A stretch of DNA of 45,262 bases from Actinomycetota bacterium. Lineage in GTDB: Bacteria; Actinomycetota; Thermoleophilia; Miltoncostaeales; Miltoncostaeaceae. The notes under the pieces were generated by a model. That model was not told the DNA's origin. It worked only from the letters and a program-made list of their open reading frames with translations, and made no database searches. The translations under genes and the position numbers were made by a program. How positions within the stretch are numbered: the first letter of the stretch is position 1; every line of letters begins with the position of its first letter. The stretch lies in assembly GCA_005792725.1 (NCBI GenBank), contig SXQZ01000202.1, forward strand, positions 1-45,262. The letters are read 5' to 3'. Below, piece after piece: positions 26,605 to 35,967 of this stretch.

Positions 26605-27765
26605 TCAGCCCAACAGGGGCGAGGCGGCCCGGGCCTCAGCGATGGCCGCGCGCGCCCCGTCCATCGCGGCGTCCTCCCCGCCCGGGGTCGCCACGAAGCC
26701 GGGCTCCGCACACCATCCCGACGCGGGATCCGGGCATCCCGCGGCACGGGCGATGCCAGGCCAGGACACGGGCATCTGGGATGGAAGGGGCGTCCGTGCC
26801 ATCTCGGCCATGAGCATGGCCCAGGCCCGGGGCGGCGCATTGCAGGGGTTGTACCCCCCGCCCCCCAGTGCCACCCACCGCCCCCCGCCGCACGCGTCCG
26901 CCAGCCGCCCGAGGGCGCTCCACAGGTCCGGATACAGGGCCATGGTGGTACGCATGTGCGAAAGCGGATCGGCGTGGTGGTGGTCCACGCCGCACTGGGA
27001 CACCAGGGCCTCGGGTGCGAACGCCCGCACGGCCGGCCCCACCACCTGCTCCATGGCCAGGCGGTAGGCGTCGTCCCCGCACCCTGGCGGCAGCGCGACA
27101 TTGATGGCGGACCCCGGAGCATCGGGTCCGCCCGTCTCGTCGGGAAACCCCGAGTTCGGGAACAGGTAGCGCCCGCATTCGTGCACCGACACGGTGAGGA
27201 CATGCGGGTCGTTCCAGAAGGTGCCCTGGGTACCGTCTCCGTGGTGCACGTCGAGGTCCACGTACGCGATGCGCCCGATGCCCGCCGCCCGCAGCGCGTG
27301 GATGGCGACCGCGGTGTCGTTGTAGACGCCGAACCCATTCATGCGGTAGGGCAGGCCGTGGTGGGCCCCGCCGGCCGGAACGATGGCCCGCAGCGCTCCC
27401 CCTCCCCCCACCATCCCGCCCGCGAGCCGCGCGGCGGCGGCGAGTCGCGCGGCGTCGCGGTGCATGTGCGCGTAGGGGTGCACGTCACCCGTCACGCCCC
27501 ACTGGCGCGCCTCGGGCGCCGCGGCCAGGACGGGGTGCGCGCTGAACATCCGTATCGCCCGGATGAACGCCGGGGCGAACATGGTCGCCAGCACCTCGTC
27601 GGCCATCGGAGGCGGGGCGGGCACCACCGCGACCCCCGGCGCGCTGAGCACACCCGCCTCGCGCGCCAGTGCCACGGCGAGCTGGTGACGACGCCGGTCG
27701 GAGGGGTGGTCGGCGTAGTCCATTCCGAGGTCGTCCGCGTGCACGACGGCCAGCAGCGTGCTCAC
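26605..27765 (-). CDS. Histone deacetylase-family protein (acetoin utilisation AcuC / acetylpolyamine amidohydrolase-like)
   Basis: Arginase/deacetylase motifs: GGAHHG, IAYVDLDVHHGDGTQGTFWNDPHVLTVSVHE, GGGGY. The GTG start at 27765 lies 29 nt upstream of the K+ channel gene on the same strand. Confidence 0.9.
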   Translation of the reverse strand: MSTLLAVVHADDLGMDYADHPSDRRRHQLAVALAREAGVLSAPGVAVVPAPPPMADEVLATMFAPAFIRAIRMFSAHPVLAAAPEARQWGVTGDVHPYAHMHRDAARLAAAARLAGGMVGGGGALRAIVPAGGAHHGLPYRMNGFGVYNDTAVAIHALRAAGIGRIAYVDLDVHHGDGTQGTFWNDPHVLTVSVHECGRYLFPNSGFPDETGGPDAPGSAINVALPPGCGDDAYRLAMEQVVGPAVRAFAPEALVSQCGVDHHHADPLSHMRTTMALYPDLWSALGRLADACGGGRWVALGGGGYNPCNAPPRAWAMLMAEMARTPLPSQMPVSWPGIARAAGCPDPASGWCAEPGFVATPGGEDAAMDGARAAIAEARAASPLLG

Positions 27766-27818
27766 GCGGGCTCCATGCGGCGAGGATACGCGCTCCCCCG
27801 CGGGGCTACGATGGGGGA

Positions 27819-28070
27819 ATGAGCGATGAGCGACGGCGCCGGATCGAGGACTCGATCGCCGGGCACCTGCGCGCCGCGGGCGAACCGGTACGTGAGGCCT
27901 TCCTGTACGAGCGGGTGCAGGCCGACGGGCTGGACGTCGCCGGGGAGGACTTCATCGCCGTGCTTCTGCGTCTCGAGGTGGAGGGCCACGTCCACCTCGA
28001 CCCGGTACGGGATGAGCGCGTCCCGGACCCACCGCCCTTCGAACCACGGTTCTGGCGCATCATCCGCTAG
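27819..28070 (+). CDS. Hypothetical small protein (83 aa), possibly winged-helix-like
   Basis: MSDERRRRIEDSIAGHLRAAGEPVREAFLYERVQADGLDVAGEDFIAVLLRLEVEGHVHLDP is protein-like. It is divergent from the deacetylase gene. No family assignment possible here. Confidence 0.45.
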   Translation: MSDERRRRIEDSIAGHLRAAGEPVREAFLYERVQADGLDVAGEDFIAVLLRLEVEGHVHLDPVRDERVPDPPPFEPRFWRIIR

Positions 28071-28174
28071 GCGGCACCGGGCGCTCGCGGGGTGTGCGCA
28101 TCGCCCGCGCCGGAATACCGGCGTACACACGCGATCGCACTGACCCGGGAACGTAACGCGCAGCCGCGCCGCGA

Positions 28175-28966
28175 CTATGCCGCGCCGGGAACCGGCACCC
28201 GCAATCGGATCACGAACATCCGATCCCACCGCTTGCCGGTCACGAGCACATGCCCGGTCACGGGATCGCGGGCGATCCCGTTGAGCACCTCACCCCCGCT
28301 CGCCAGTCGGGGCCGCAGTGCCGAGAGGTCGAGCCAGCCGACCACCCAGCCATCCGCGGGTCGGATCAGGGCCACACGGTCCTCCTGCCAGACATTCGCC
28401 CAGATCAGCCCGCTCAGCATCTCGAGTTCGTTCAGCCATCTGACGGGCCGGGCGCCATCTCGCACCACCACCGTGCGGATGACGGTGAGCCGCGGCGGTG
28501 CGAGCCACCGCAGCATCGCGGTTCCGTCACTCGCCACGAGGCGGCGCCCGTCGGTGGTGAGGCCCCAGCCCTCCCGGGGGTACGGCGAGGTGCCCCTCCG
28601 GGAGAGGGTCATCGGGGCCACCCGGTAGGCCACGTGGTCCGTCCACGTGAGTTGCCAGGCGGTGCCGGCCAGCACGGTGAGCCCCTCGGCGAAGATCGGG
28701 GCCGGGATGTGCCGGATGGCGAGCACGCGACCGTTGCGGGGGTTGACCCGCCGCACCGACGAGTCGGGGCGCGATGGGTCGCAGCAGTCGCCGGTGCTCT
28801 CCAGCAGGCTGCCCCGGTAGGCGACGAGGCCCTGCGTGAAGGCGTCCGGGTCGTGGGGGCGGGTGGCGATGAGGTCCCATGCCAGCGTGGGGGCCCCCGA
28901 CGCCGGCAGTACGCCCGTCCCGGCGGCGATGGCCGCTGCCGTCACTGCGATCGCCCGGGCGCCCAT
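28175..28966 (-). CDS. Glutaminyl-peptide cyclotransferase (bacterial/plant beta-propeller type)
   Basis: Signal peptide, then PHDPDAFTQGLVAYRGSLLESTG, FAEGLTVL...WQLTW, EGWGLTTDGRRLVASDGT and LNELEMLSGLIWANVW, the conserved glutamine cyclotransferase blocks. Confidence 0.85.
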   Translation of the reverse strand: MGARAIAVTAAAIAAGTGVLPASGAPTLAWDLIATRPHDPDAFTQGLVAYRGSLLESTGDCCDPSRPDSSVRRVNPRNGRVLAIRHIPAPIFAEGLTVLAGTAWQLTWTDHVAYRVAPMTLSRRGTSPYPREGWGLTTDGRRLVASDGTAMLRWLAPPRLTVIRTVVVRDGARPVRWLNELEMLSGLIWANVWQEDRVALIRPADGWVVGWLDLSALRPRLASGGEVLNGIARDPVTGHVLVTGKRWDRMFVIRLRVPVPGAA

Positions 28967-29023
28967 CAGAGCATTATCGCCCGGCGCGCCGATGTGGCGG
29001 CGGCCGGCGGGTACGGGGTGCAG

Positions 29024-29097
29024 CGCGCCAGACAGGATTCGAACCTGTGACCTTCGGTTTCGTAGACCGACGCTCTATCCGACTGAGCTACTGGCGC
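29024..29097 (-). tRNA. tRNA-Arg (anticodon ACG)
   Basis: The reverse complement folds as GCGCCAG-TA-GCTC-AGTCGGATA-GAGC-G-TCGGT-CTACGAA-ACCGA-AGGTC-ACAGG-TTCGAAT-CCTGT-CTGGCGC-G. Confidence 0.9.
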
Positions 29098-29132
29098 AGG
29101 CGCGACGCGTGCGCGACGCGGCGGGCACCGTA

Positions 29133-30443
29133 TCAGAGCGCGGGGCGGGCGATGGGCTCGACCCTCACGCGCACGATGCGCGAGCCGTCCATCTCCACGA
29201 CGGTGAATTCCAGGCCGTCGGTCGCGACGGTGTCCCCCACCTCCGGCACCCGGCCCATGGCGTGGAAGACCGCGCCACCAACGGTGTTGAAGTCCTCGTC
29301 GTCAATCCCGGTGCCGAACGCATCGTTGAAGTCCTCCAGGGCCAGGGATCCGGCGACCAGGGCCTGACCGCCCCCGGTGCGGACGATGTCGCGTTCCGGC
29401 ACGTCGAATTCGTCCTCGATCTCGCCCATGACCTCCTCGACGAGGTCCTCCAAGGTGACGACGCCGGCGAGCGAGCCGTACTCGTCCACGACGACGGCGA
29501 GGTGGCTCTGAGTACGGCGGAAGTCGCGCAGGAGGTCATCAAGGGCCTTCGTCTCGGGAACGCGCTGCACATCCCGGACCAGATCGCGGATCCACGCGTC
29601 GTGCCCGCCCCGGCTCACGGCCTCAAACAGCTGGCGGATGTGGATGACCCCCCGGATGTCATCGGGGTCATCCCCGTACACCGGGTAGCGCGTGTACGGG
29701 TGCTCCTCCACGATGGCGGCGGCCTCCGCCACGGTCGCGGCGATCGGCAGCATCACGACGTCGGGGCGCGGCACCATCACCTGCCGGGCCTCCGTGTCGG
29801 CGAAGTCGAACACCCGCGACAGCATCTCGGTCTCCTCGGCCTCCAGTACCCCCTCCTCGAATGAGGCGGCGAGGATCATGCGCAGTTCCTCCTCAGTGTG
29901 GCTACGCCCCATCCGGATGTCCCCCCGCAGTCCGAACAGCCGCAGGGTTGCGGCGGACAGCCGCTCGAGCAGCCAGACGAAGGGATGTACGACCGCGGTG
30001 AACATGCGCACGGGGCCCACCACCGCCAGGGCCACCGACTCGGTGCGGGCCAGTGTGAGGGCCTTCGGCACGATCTCCCCGAGGACCACCGTGAGCGCGA
30101 TGATGATCGCGAGGCCGATGACCACGCTGATCACCGTGACGACGCCGGTTGAGAGAGCGGGGCCGAGGGGCTCGAGGGCGTCCTCCACGAGGCCCCGGAC
30201 CGCCGGCTCGCCCACGGCGCCGATGGCCAGCCCCGCGAATGTGATGGCCACCTGGATCGCCGAGATGAAGCGGGTGGGGTTCTGCTGGATGGCCGCGACG
30301 CGAGCCGCGCCCCGACTGCCCTGCTCGGCCAGCTCGCGCATCCGCGTGGGCCTGGCCGCGACGAAGGCGTATTCCGCCGCGACGAAGAAGGCGGTCCACG
30401 CCACGAGCACGAACAGGAGCACGACCTGAAGTCCGGTGCTCAT
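29133..30443 (-). CDS. CNNM/HlyC-CorC family transporter (DUF21 TM domain + CBS pair + CorC_HlyC domain)
   Basis: MSTGLQVVLLFVLVAWTAFFVAAEYAFV begins the DUF21 region. A CBS pair follows (VMVPRPDVVML ... VVDEYGSLAGVVTLEDLVEEV), then a C-terminal transporter-associated domain. Start placed at the ATG at 30443. Confidence 0.9.
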   Translation of the reverse strand: MSTGLQVVLLFVLVAWTAFFVAAEYAFVAARPTRMRELAEQGSRGAARVAAIQQNPTRFISAIQVAITFAGLAIGAVGEPAVRGLVEDALEPLGPALSTGVVTVISVVIGLAIIIALTVVLGEIVPKALTLARTESVALAVVGPVRMFTAVVHPFVWLLERLSAATLRLFGLRGDIRMGRSHTEEELRMILAASFEEGVLEAEETEMLSRVFDFADTEARQVMVPRPDVVMLPIAATVAEAAAIVEEHPYTRYPVYGDDPDDIRGVIHIRQLFEAVSRGGHDAWIRDLVRDVQRVPETKALDDLLRDFRRTQSHLAVVVDEYGSLAGVVTLEDLVEEVMGEIEDEFDVPERDIVRTGGGQALVAGSLALEDFNDAFGTGIDDEDFNTVGGAVFHAMGRVPEVGDTVATDGLEFTVVEMDGSRIVRVRVEPIARPAL

Positions 30444-30610
30444 CGGACGCCCCCGCCCGGAGGGTGGAGGTCGTCGCGATGTAGGGGTTGGGAGCCGTTC
30501 ACGGGCGTGCGGCCATCGTACCCGATGGCCCCGCTGCGCCGCGCACCGGGTCGCCAGCGGCCACCCCGGCGTGGCCACGCCGCCTGCCCCCCGGCGGCGT
30601 GGCGTGGAAG

Positions 30611-30700
30611 CGGAGAGGAAGGGATTTGAACCCTCGAACCGGGTTGACCCCGATCAACCGCTTAGCAGGCGGCCCCTTTCGACCACTCAGGCACCTCTCC
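30611..30700 (-). tRNA. tRNA-Ser (anticodon GCU), class II with a long variable arm
   Basis: The reverse complement is GGAGAGG-TG-CCTGAGTGGTCGAAAGG-...CTGCTAA...-long variable arm-GAGGG-TTCAAAT-CCCTT-CCTCTCC-G. Confidence 0.9.
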
Positions 30701-30744
30701 GCGCGGCATCGTAGTGATTCGCCCGTCCGGGTATGGTGCGCGGC

Positions 30745-30832
30745 GGAGGGGTGGCAGAGCGGTCGAATGCGGCGGTCTTGAAAACCGCTGGCCGGTGACC
30801 CCGGCCCGGGGGTTCAAATCCCTCCCCCTCCG
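30745..30832 (+). tRNA. tRNA-Ser (anticodon UGA), class II with a long variable arm
   Basis: GGAGGGG-TG-GCAGAGCGGTCGAATGC-GGCGGT-CTTGAAA-ACCGC-variable arm-GGGGG-TTCAAAT-CCCTC-CCCCTCC-G. Its 5' end lies 44 nt from the 5' end of the divergent tRNA-Ser. Confidence 0.9.
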
Positions 30833-30923
30833 TGCGGGGCCCCCGCCCGGCGCGCGCCCGGGCGGGGCAGGGCGGTCGGGCCCGCTCGCCGCGTCCACCC
30901 CCGCCCGCCCCTACAGTGCCCTC

Positions 30924-31685
30924 GTGGCCAACGGGGAGCGCAATCGCAGGGACTGGGAGGCACTCGGGGAGATCGACCCCCTCTACGCCATCCTCAGCGC
31001 CCCCGCAGCCAAGCATGGTGCCTGGGATGAGCAGGCCTTCCTTGAGACGGGCCGGGCCGATGCCGAGTCGATCATGGCGGCCTGCTCGGCCCTGGGGCTC
31101 GCGACGCGCCGTGAGGCATCCTTCGAGTTGGGATGCGGCGTGGGGCGCGTGACCCGGGCGCTCGCCGGGTACTTCCGCCGGTCAGTCGGTCTGGACATCA
31201 GCGAGGCGATGATCCGGCGCGCGCGCGCGATGAACGCTGACCGGCCCAATTGCGAGTGGATCGTCGGCGACGCACCCGACCTGCGGGCGTTCGACGACGG
31301 GGTGTTCGACCTCGTGCTGTCGTTCATCGTGCTGCAGCACCTTCCCGATCGCGCGGTGATCTCGTCATACCTGCGCGAGATGGCACGGGTACTGGCCCCC
31401 GGCGGCGCGCTGGTCGTGCAGATGCCCGCGTCCATGCCTCTCCGGCAGCGCGTTCAGTGGCGGCGACGCGCCTGGCACGGCCTGCGCCGGCTGCGCGTGG
31501 GGGAGCGGGTGCTCTACGAGCGGCTCGGTCTGGACCCCATCCGGATGAACTGGCTGCCGGAGCGCGACGTGCAGGCCGCCCTGCGGCTCGGGGGCGCGCG
31601 CGTCGTTGCGGTGCAGGCCGGCTGGCTCGGGGACGGCTCACGCACCGGACGGGAACGGAACCTCACCTACATCGCCACCCGGTAG
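30924..31685 (+). CDS. Class I SAM-dependent methyltransferase
   Basis: Motif I FELGCGVGRVTRAL, motif II VGLDISEAMI and post-I/III blocks FDLVLSFIVLQHL and LAPGGALVV. Start placed at the GTG at 30924 because the longer track ORF runs through the tRNA-Ser gene. Confidence 0.8.
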   Translation: MANGERNRRDWEALGEIDPLYAILSAPAAKHGAWDEQAFLETGRADAESIMAACSALGLATRREASFELGCGVGRVTRALAGYFRRSVGLDISEAMIRRARAMNADRPNCEWIVGDAPDLRAFDDGVFDLVLSFIVLQHLPDRAVISSYLREMARVLAPGGALVVQMPASMPLRQRVQWRRRAWHGLRRLRVGERVLYERLGLDPIRMNWLPERDVQAALRLGGARVVAVQAGWLGDGSRTGRERNLTYIATR

Positions 31686-31695
31686 GATTCCCGGC

Positions 31696-32718
31696 ATGGA
31701 CGTCGTTATCGCAGGTGGGGGGATGGTGGGCCTCACCCTGGGCCGCCTGCTGCGTGCCCGGGGGATCGAGCCCGTGATCATCGAGCGCATGCCGGCGGGC
31801 TCGTACATCCCGCGCGGCTACATGCTCGGCTTTCAGGGCTACGAGCCGCTGAAGGAGATCGGGGTGCTCGACGAGCTCTGGCCGGAGGGCCGGGAGATCG
31901 CGCCCCAGGGAACCAGCGCGGTTGCGGTATGCGTGGAGGTCGGCAAGGTGATCCACGCGATCTCCCGCGACCTGCCCGTGATGTATGAGCACTCCGTGGC
32001 CGAGTTGATCGCGGGCCCCGACGGTCGCATCACCGGCGTCGTCGCGCAGGGGCCGGATGGTGAGGTGACAATCCCCTCCGACCTCGTGGTCGCGTGTGAC
32101 GGTGTGCGATCCCGGGTGCGGGAGATGGCGGGGCTCACGGCCGTGTTCGACCGCCTCCCCGAGGGCGAGCTGTCGTGGATGAGCACCACCCCGTCCGATA
32201 CCTCCTTCTCGATGGCGTACATGGCCGACGGCGGGCACATCGGGCACCTCTCGTGGCCACAGGGCTCCGGGGGCTGGCGCTCCTGCGCCCGGGTCGGCGC
32301 GGAGGCCGCGCTGGCCCCGGGGCTCGACGCCATCAAGGAGATGTGGGCCCGCCTGCTGCCGGACTCCCGGCGCGGTGTGGACGGCCTCGACAGCATCGAG
32401 CAGGTGCGCTACTCGGAACCCGAATTGCTGACGACCCCCGAATGGTGGCACCCGGGAATCGTGCTCATCGGTGACTCCGCGCACTTCTTCGGCCCCGAGA
32501 CGGGGATCTCGTCGGGTATCGGTATGGGAGACGCCCATGCATTGAGCGAGGCGATCGCGCAGAACCGCAACGACGCCGACGCCGCATGTGCGGCCTACGT
32601 CACATGGCGCGCCCCGGTGGTACGGCCGTACGAGGCCATGGACCCCGGCCGCCAGCGGATCCTCGTGGCCGGCCGGCAGGAGCCCGGTCCCGGCGAGGCC
32701 TGGCCGCCACCCGGCTGA
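31696..32718 (+). CDS. FAD-dependent monooxygenase (UbiH/aromatic-ring hydroxylase-like)
   Basis: MDVVIAGGGMVGLTLGRLL (GxGxxG), DLVVACDGVRSRVR and LIGDSAHFFGPETGISSG, the three classic flavoprotein monooxygenase fingerprints. Confidence 0.85.
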   Translation: MDVVIAGGGMVGLTLGRLLRARGIEPVIIERMPAGSYIPRGYMLGFQGYEPLKEIGVLDELWPEGREIAPQGTSAVAVCVEVGKVIHAISRDLPVMYEHSVAELIAGPDGRITGVVAQGPDGEVTIPSDLVVACDGVRSRVREMAGLTAVFDRLPEGELSWMSTTPSDTSFSMAYMADGGHIGHLSWPQGSGGWRSCARVGAEAALAPGLDAIKEMWARLLPDSRRGVDGLDSIEQVRYSEPELLTTPEWWHPGIVLIGDSAHFFGPETGISSGIGMGDAHALSEAIAQNRNDADAACAAYVTWRAPVVRPYEAMDPGRQRILVAGRQEPGPGEAWPPPG

Positions 32719-32752
32719 CGAGCGACGTCGGGCCCCCCACGGGGCTGCACGC

Positions 32753-33748
32753 TCACCCGCCCGTGTCCCGCGCGAGCGTACGTGCAAGGTCGCGCGACCG
32801 GGCCACCTCGATCAGGGCGGGGATCGTTGGCAGCCAGAAGTTGAACACGCGCCATACCATGACCCCTGCGATCGCCTCGGCAAGAGGAAGACCGAGCATG
32901 GTGAGGGTAAACGCGGACGCCGCGTCGAGGGCGCCGTAGCCGCCGGTCGGCAGTGGCAGCAGCATTGCGACGTACGCGGTGGCATAGGCGAGCGCGACCC
33001 CGGGCAGTGACACCTCGGCGCCGATCGCACGCAGCGCCCCCCAGAGGCACGCGAGGTCACCGACCCAGTACACCGTCGCACCCCCAAGAATGCGGGGGTC
33101 CAGCCGGGGAGGCCGCAGTGCCGTGCGCGCAACGATGATTCCCGCGACGAACGCGGCGCGCCCCTTCCGGAGCCAGCCGTGGTGCGTGTCCGCCGACACA
33201 CGCTCCCCCCTCTCCCCCTCGCTGATCCACAGCCCCGTGACGGCGATCACCGGGACCACGACGAGCCACGGCACGATCATCCCCAGGGGCGCATCCCCGC
33301 CGGACCGGATCAGGATCACCAATGAGGTCGCGAGCGCCCAGATGCCGAACATCGAGAACAGAAGGATGTTGAGCCCCAGGACCCGGGCGGCGGCGTCGCG
33401 CGGGTGGAGCCCGGCCTTGCGGAGCAGCCAGTACATGAGGGCGAGCCCCCCCACACCGGCGGGCGACACGAGGCGGGTGGCGCCCATGCTTGCGAGCCAG
33501 ACGCGGGTCGCGCTGGTCCCCGGGAGGGCGGGACCACCGTTATGCGCGACCACCGCACGCAGGCATACGACATAGCCCGCATACGACGCCGCCTCGAGCA
33601 CGAGGCACCCGATGACCCAGGGCCCGCTCGCTCGTCCAAGCGCCCCGAGCACCTCGCTGTAGCCCGCGGCCTTCCCGAGCAGGGCCACGAGGCCCACAGC
33701 GAGCACCACCACCAGGCCCGCCCCGACGAGGATCGACCGGGTGGACAC
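32753..33748 (-). CDS. Lysylphosphatidylglycerol-synthase-TM-region-like (flippase-like, UPF0104) membrane protein
   Basis: About 8 TM helices with a pattern typical of the family: LVLEAASYAGYVVCLRAV, PAGVGGLALMYWLLRKAG, PLPTGGYGALDAA. The start is uncertain. I chose the GTG at 33748; the track start at 33964 would overlap the upstream kinase gene by 136 nt. Confidence 0.7.
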   Translation of the reverse strand: MSTRSILVGAGLVVVLAVGLVALLGKAAGYSEVLGALGRASGPWVIGCLVLEAASYAGYVVCLRAVVAHNGGPALPGTSATRVWLASMGATRLVSPAGVGGLALMYWLLRKAGLHPRDAAARVLGLNILLFSMFGIWALATSLVILIRSGGDAPLGMIVPWLVVVPVIAVTGLWISEGERGERVSADTHHGWLRKGRAAFVAGIIVARTALRPPRLDPRILGGATVYWVGDLACLWGALRAIGAEVSLPGVALAYATAYVAMLLPLPTGGYGALDAASAFTLTMLGLPLAEAIAGVMVWRVFNFWLPTIPALIEVARSRDLARTLARDTGG

Positions 33749-33828
33749 GACAAGCGGCCCGCCCTCCTGCCCCCCCTTGGCCAGAGGTGGCCCGGTAGCG
33801 GCGTCCGCGTTCTCGTCTGCTCCCACCC

Positions 33829-34662
33829 TCACGGACCGGGTCCGAGGCCGCCCCGCCAGGTCACACACGCCGCAGCGGCCGTCGCGGCGAGGGGCACGGC
33901 CTCCGCCAGCGCGTGGCCGCGGGCCAGAGCCAGTGCCAGAACCCCTGCGAACGAGTCCCCGCACCCATAGGAATCAACGATCGGCCCGGGCGGCGGTACG
34001 GCCGCGAACCGCAGCACGGATGTACCGGGCCGGTGGACCGGGCCCCCGCGCGGGCCGTCGGTGAGGACGATGGCCTCGGGCGCGAGCGCCCCGGGAAGGC
34101 CCCACGGGTCCTCATCGGGGTCGGCGCCGCTGGCCACGACGACATCCGGGCGTACGCCGGCCGCGATCGCGTCCGACAGGCGCTGGCCAGTGAGCACGAG
34201 GCAGCGGGCGGCGCGGGCATGCACGAGCGCCCCGGGGTCCTCCCCGGCGTAGTAGGCGGCCCGGAGCCCGGGCATCCGCGACCACGGGAGGTCATCGGCC
34301 GCGGTGGGCTGCAGCCGGGTGCCAACGACCATGATCGTGCGCTCCCCACCCGGATCGGTGATGGACAGGACCCGGGTCTGCGGCGCAGGCCGGGTGGCCG
34401 CAACGATCTCCACGCCACGGTCCGCGAGGACCCGGGCTCCGCGCGCTGCGGCCAGATCCGCGCCGATCGCGGTGAACAGCAGCGCCTGCCCGCCCACGCG
34501 GGCGACCGCGGCCGCCGCCACGGCCCCGCCCCCGGCGGGCTCGTCGAACGGCTCCGAGAGGTCCGCGATGGCCCCGGGCGCGGGCACCCGCCCCAGGGCA
34601 TGGGTGACCCACTCCACATGCCCCACCACGCCGACGAGGGCGTCACGGGCGAGGTCGGGCAT
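33829..34662 (-). CDS. PfkB-family carbohydrate/ribokinase-like kinase
   Basis: AGGGAVAAA glycine motif near the N-terminus and the C-terminal nucleotide/anion-hole motif GCGDSFAGVLALAL. The ATG at 34662 overlaps the serS stop (ATGA). Confidence 0.85.
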   Translation of the reverse strand: MPDLARDALVGVVGHVEWVTHALGRVPAPGAIADLSEPFDEPAGGGAVAAAAVARVGGQALLFTAIGADLAAARGARVLADRGVEIVAATRPAPQTRVLSITDPGGERTIMVVGTRLQPTAADDLPWSRMPGLRAAYYAGEDPGALVHARAARCLVLTGQRLSDAIAAGVRPDVVVASGADPDEDPWGLPGALAPEAIVLTDGPRGGPVHRPGTSVLRFAAVPPPGPIVDSYGCGDSFAGVLALALARGHALAEAVPLAATAAAACVTWRGGLGPGP

Positions 34663-35927
34663 CAGCCCGCTCCGAGCACCTCGGGGGCACCGAAGGGCAG
34701 CAGGCACTCGGGCACGACCACGGAGCCATCCGGCCGCTGGTGGTTTTCGAGGATCGCGATCAGCGTGCGCCCGACGGCCACGGCCGTTCCGTTCAGGGTA
34801 TGCACCGGCACGGTCTCCGTGCCGTCCCTCATCCGTGCCCGCAGCCGCCGGGCCTGGTAGTCGGTGCAGTTGGAGCAGGAGGTGACCTCCCGGTAGCGCT
34901 CCTGCGCCGGCATCCACGCCTCGCAGTCGAACTTCCGGGCGGCGGAGGCGCCCAGGTCGCCCACGGCGATATCCACGACCCGGTACGGGATGCCGAGGTC
35001 GCCGAGGATGCGCTCCTCGATGGCGAGGATGCGCAGGTGCTCCCGGTCGGACTCGCCCGGCGCCGTGAACGAGAACATCTCGACCTTGTCGAACTGGTGC
35101 ACCCGGAAGAGGCCGCGGGTGTCCCTGCCCGCCGCGCCCGCCTCACGCCGGAAGCACGACGATATCCCGGCATACCGCAGCGGGAGGTCATCCACCGTGA
35201 GGATCTCGTCCTGATGAAGGGCCGCGAGCGGAACCTCGGATGTTCCGACGAGGAAGAGGTCGTCGTCGGCCGTGGCGTATACGGACGAGCGGTCGGCCGG
35301 GAAGAAGCCGGTACCGATGAGGGCCTCCTCCCGCACGAGCACCGGGGGGATCACCGGCGTGAAGCCGTCGGCGGCGAGCAGGTCGACCGCCCAGGACACC
35401 AGCGCCATCTGCAGACGCACCATCGGGCCCAGCAGGTACGCAAACCGCGCCCCGGAGGTGCGTGCGGCCCGCTCAAGGTCGATGCCACCGAATGCCTCGG
35501 CAAGATCAACATGGTCACGCGCGCCGTGCGGGAAGACGGGGGTCTCCCCCACCACCCGCACCTCACGGGCATCGTCCTCACCCCCGTCGGGGGCATCCTC
35601 CTGCGCGAGGTTCGGAAGCGACAGGAGCATGGCATCGCGCTGCTCCTCGGCCACCCGCAGGCGCTCCTCATCGGCCGATGTCGCCTCGCGCAGCGCCCGG
35701 GCCTCGTCCTCGCGTGCGCCCGGCACCGCGCCGCCCTGCGCACGCGCCCGGCCGATCTCCTTCGCCATACGTGACGACTCGGCCCGTCGCTGCTCGACGC
35801 CGGCGCGCAGCGCGCGGCACTCGGCATCGAGGGCGATCACCTGATCAAGATGGGTCGCGGCACCGCGTCGGGCGAGCGCGGTGCGAACCCGATCGGGATC
35901 CTTCCGGATGAGGCGAAGATCGAGCAG
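34662..35927 (-). CDS. serS: Seryl-tRNA synthetase, apparent CTG initiation codon
   Basis: Class II motifs FRREAGAAGRDTRGLFRVHQFDKVE and TLNGTAVAVGRTLIAILEN. The reading frame opens at an in-frame TGA (35931-33). The first 29 codons (V)LLDLRLIRKDPDRVRTALARRG align with the universal SerS N-terminus MLD-LLR--PD, yet contain no ATG/GTG/TTG before 35840. GGGGGAG lies 6 nt upstream of the CTG at 35927. Confidence 0.88.
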   Translation of the reverse strand: MLDLRLIRKDPDRVRTALARRGAATHLDQVIALDAECRALRAGVEQRRAESSRMAKEIGRARAQGGAVPGAREDEARALREATSADEERLRVAEEQRDAMLLSLPNLAQEDAPDGGEDDAREVRVVGETPVFPHGARDHVDLAEAFGGIDLERAARTSGARFAYLLGPMVRLQMALVSWAVDLLAADGFTPVIPPVLVREEALIGTGFFPADRSSVYATADDDLFLVGTSEVPLAALHQDEILTVDDLPLRYAGISSCFRREAGAAGRDTRGLFRVHQFDKVEMFSFTAPGESDREHLRILAIEERILGDLGIPYRVVDIAVGDLGASAARKFDCEAWMPAQERYREVTSCSNCTDYQARRLRARMRDGTETVPVHTLNGTAVAVGRTLIAILENHQRPDGSVVVPECLLPFGAPEVLGAG

Positions 35928-35967
35928 GACTCACTCCCCCGGCGGGCCAGGCGGCCCGCGCGCGGCC

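Noticed and set aside
30714-30923. Upstream extension of the methyltransferase ORF
   Set aside because: The extension reads straight through the tRNA-Ser(UGA) gene at 30745-30832. The start was moved to the GTG at 30924.
35840-35842. GTG at 35840 as the serS start (as in the ORF track)
   Set aside because: It would delete the conserved MLD-LLR--PD N-terminus, which is encoded in-frame immediately upstream. No Shine-Dalgarno precedes it, whereas GGGGGAG precedes the CTG at 35927.
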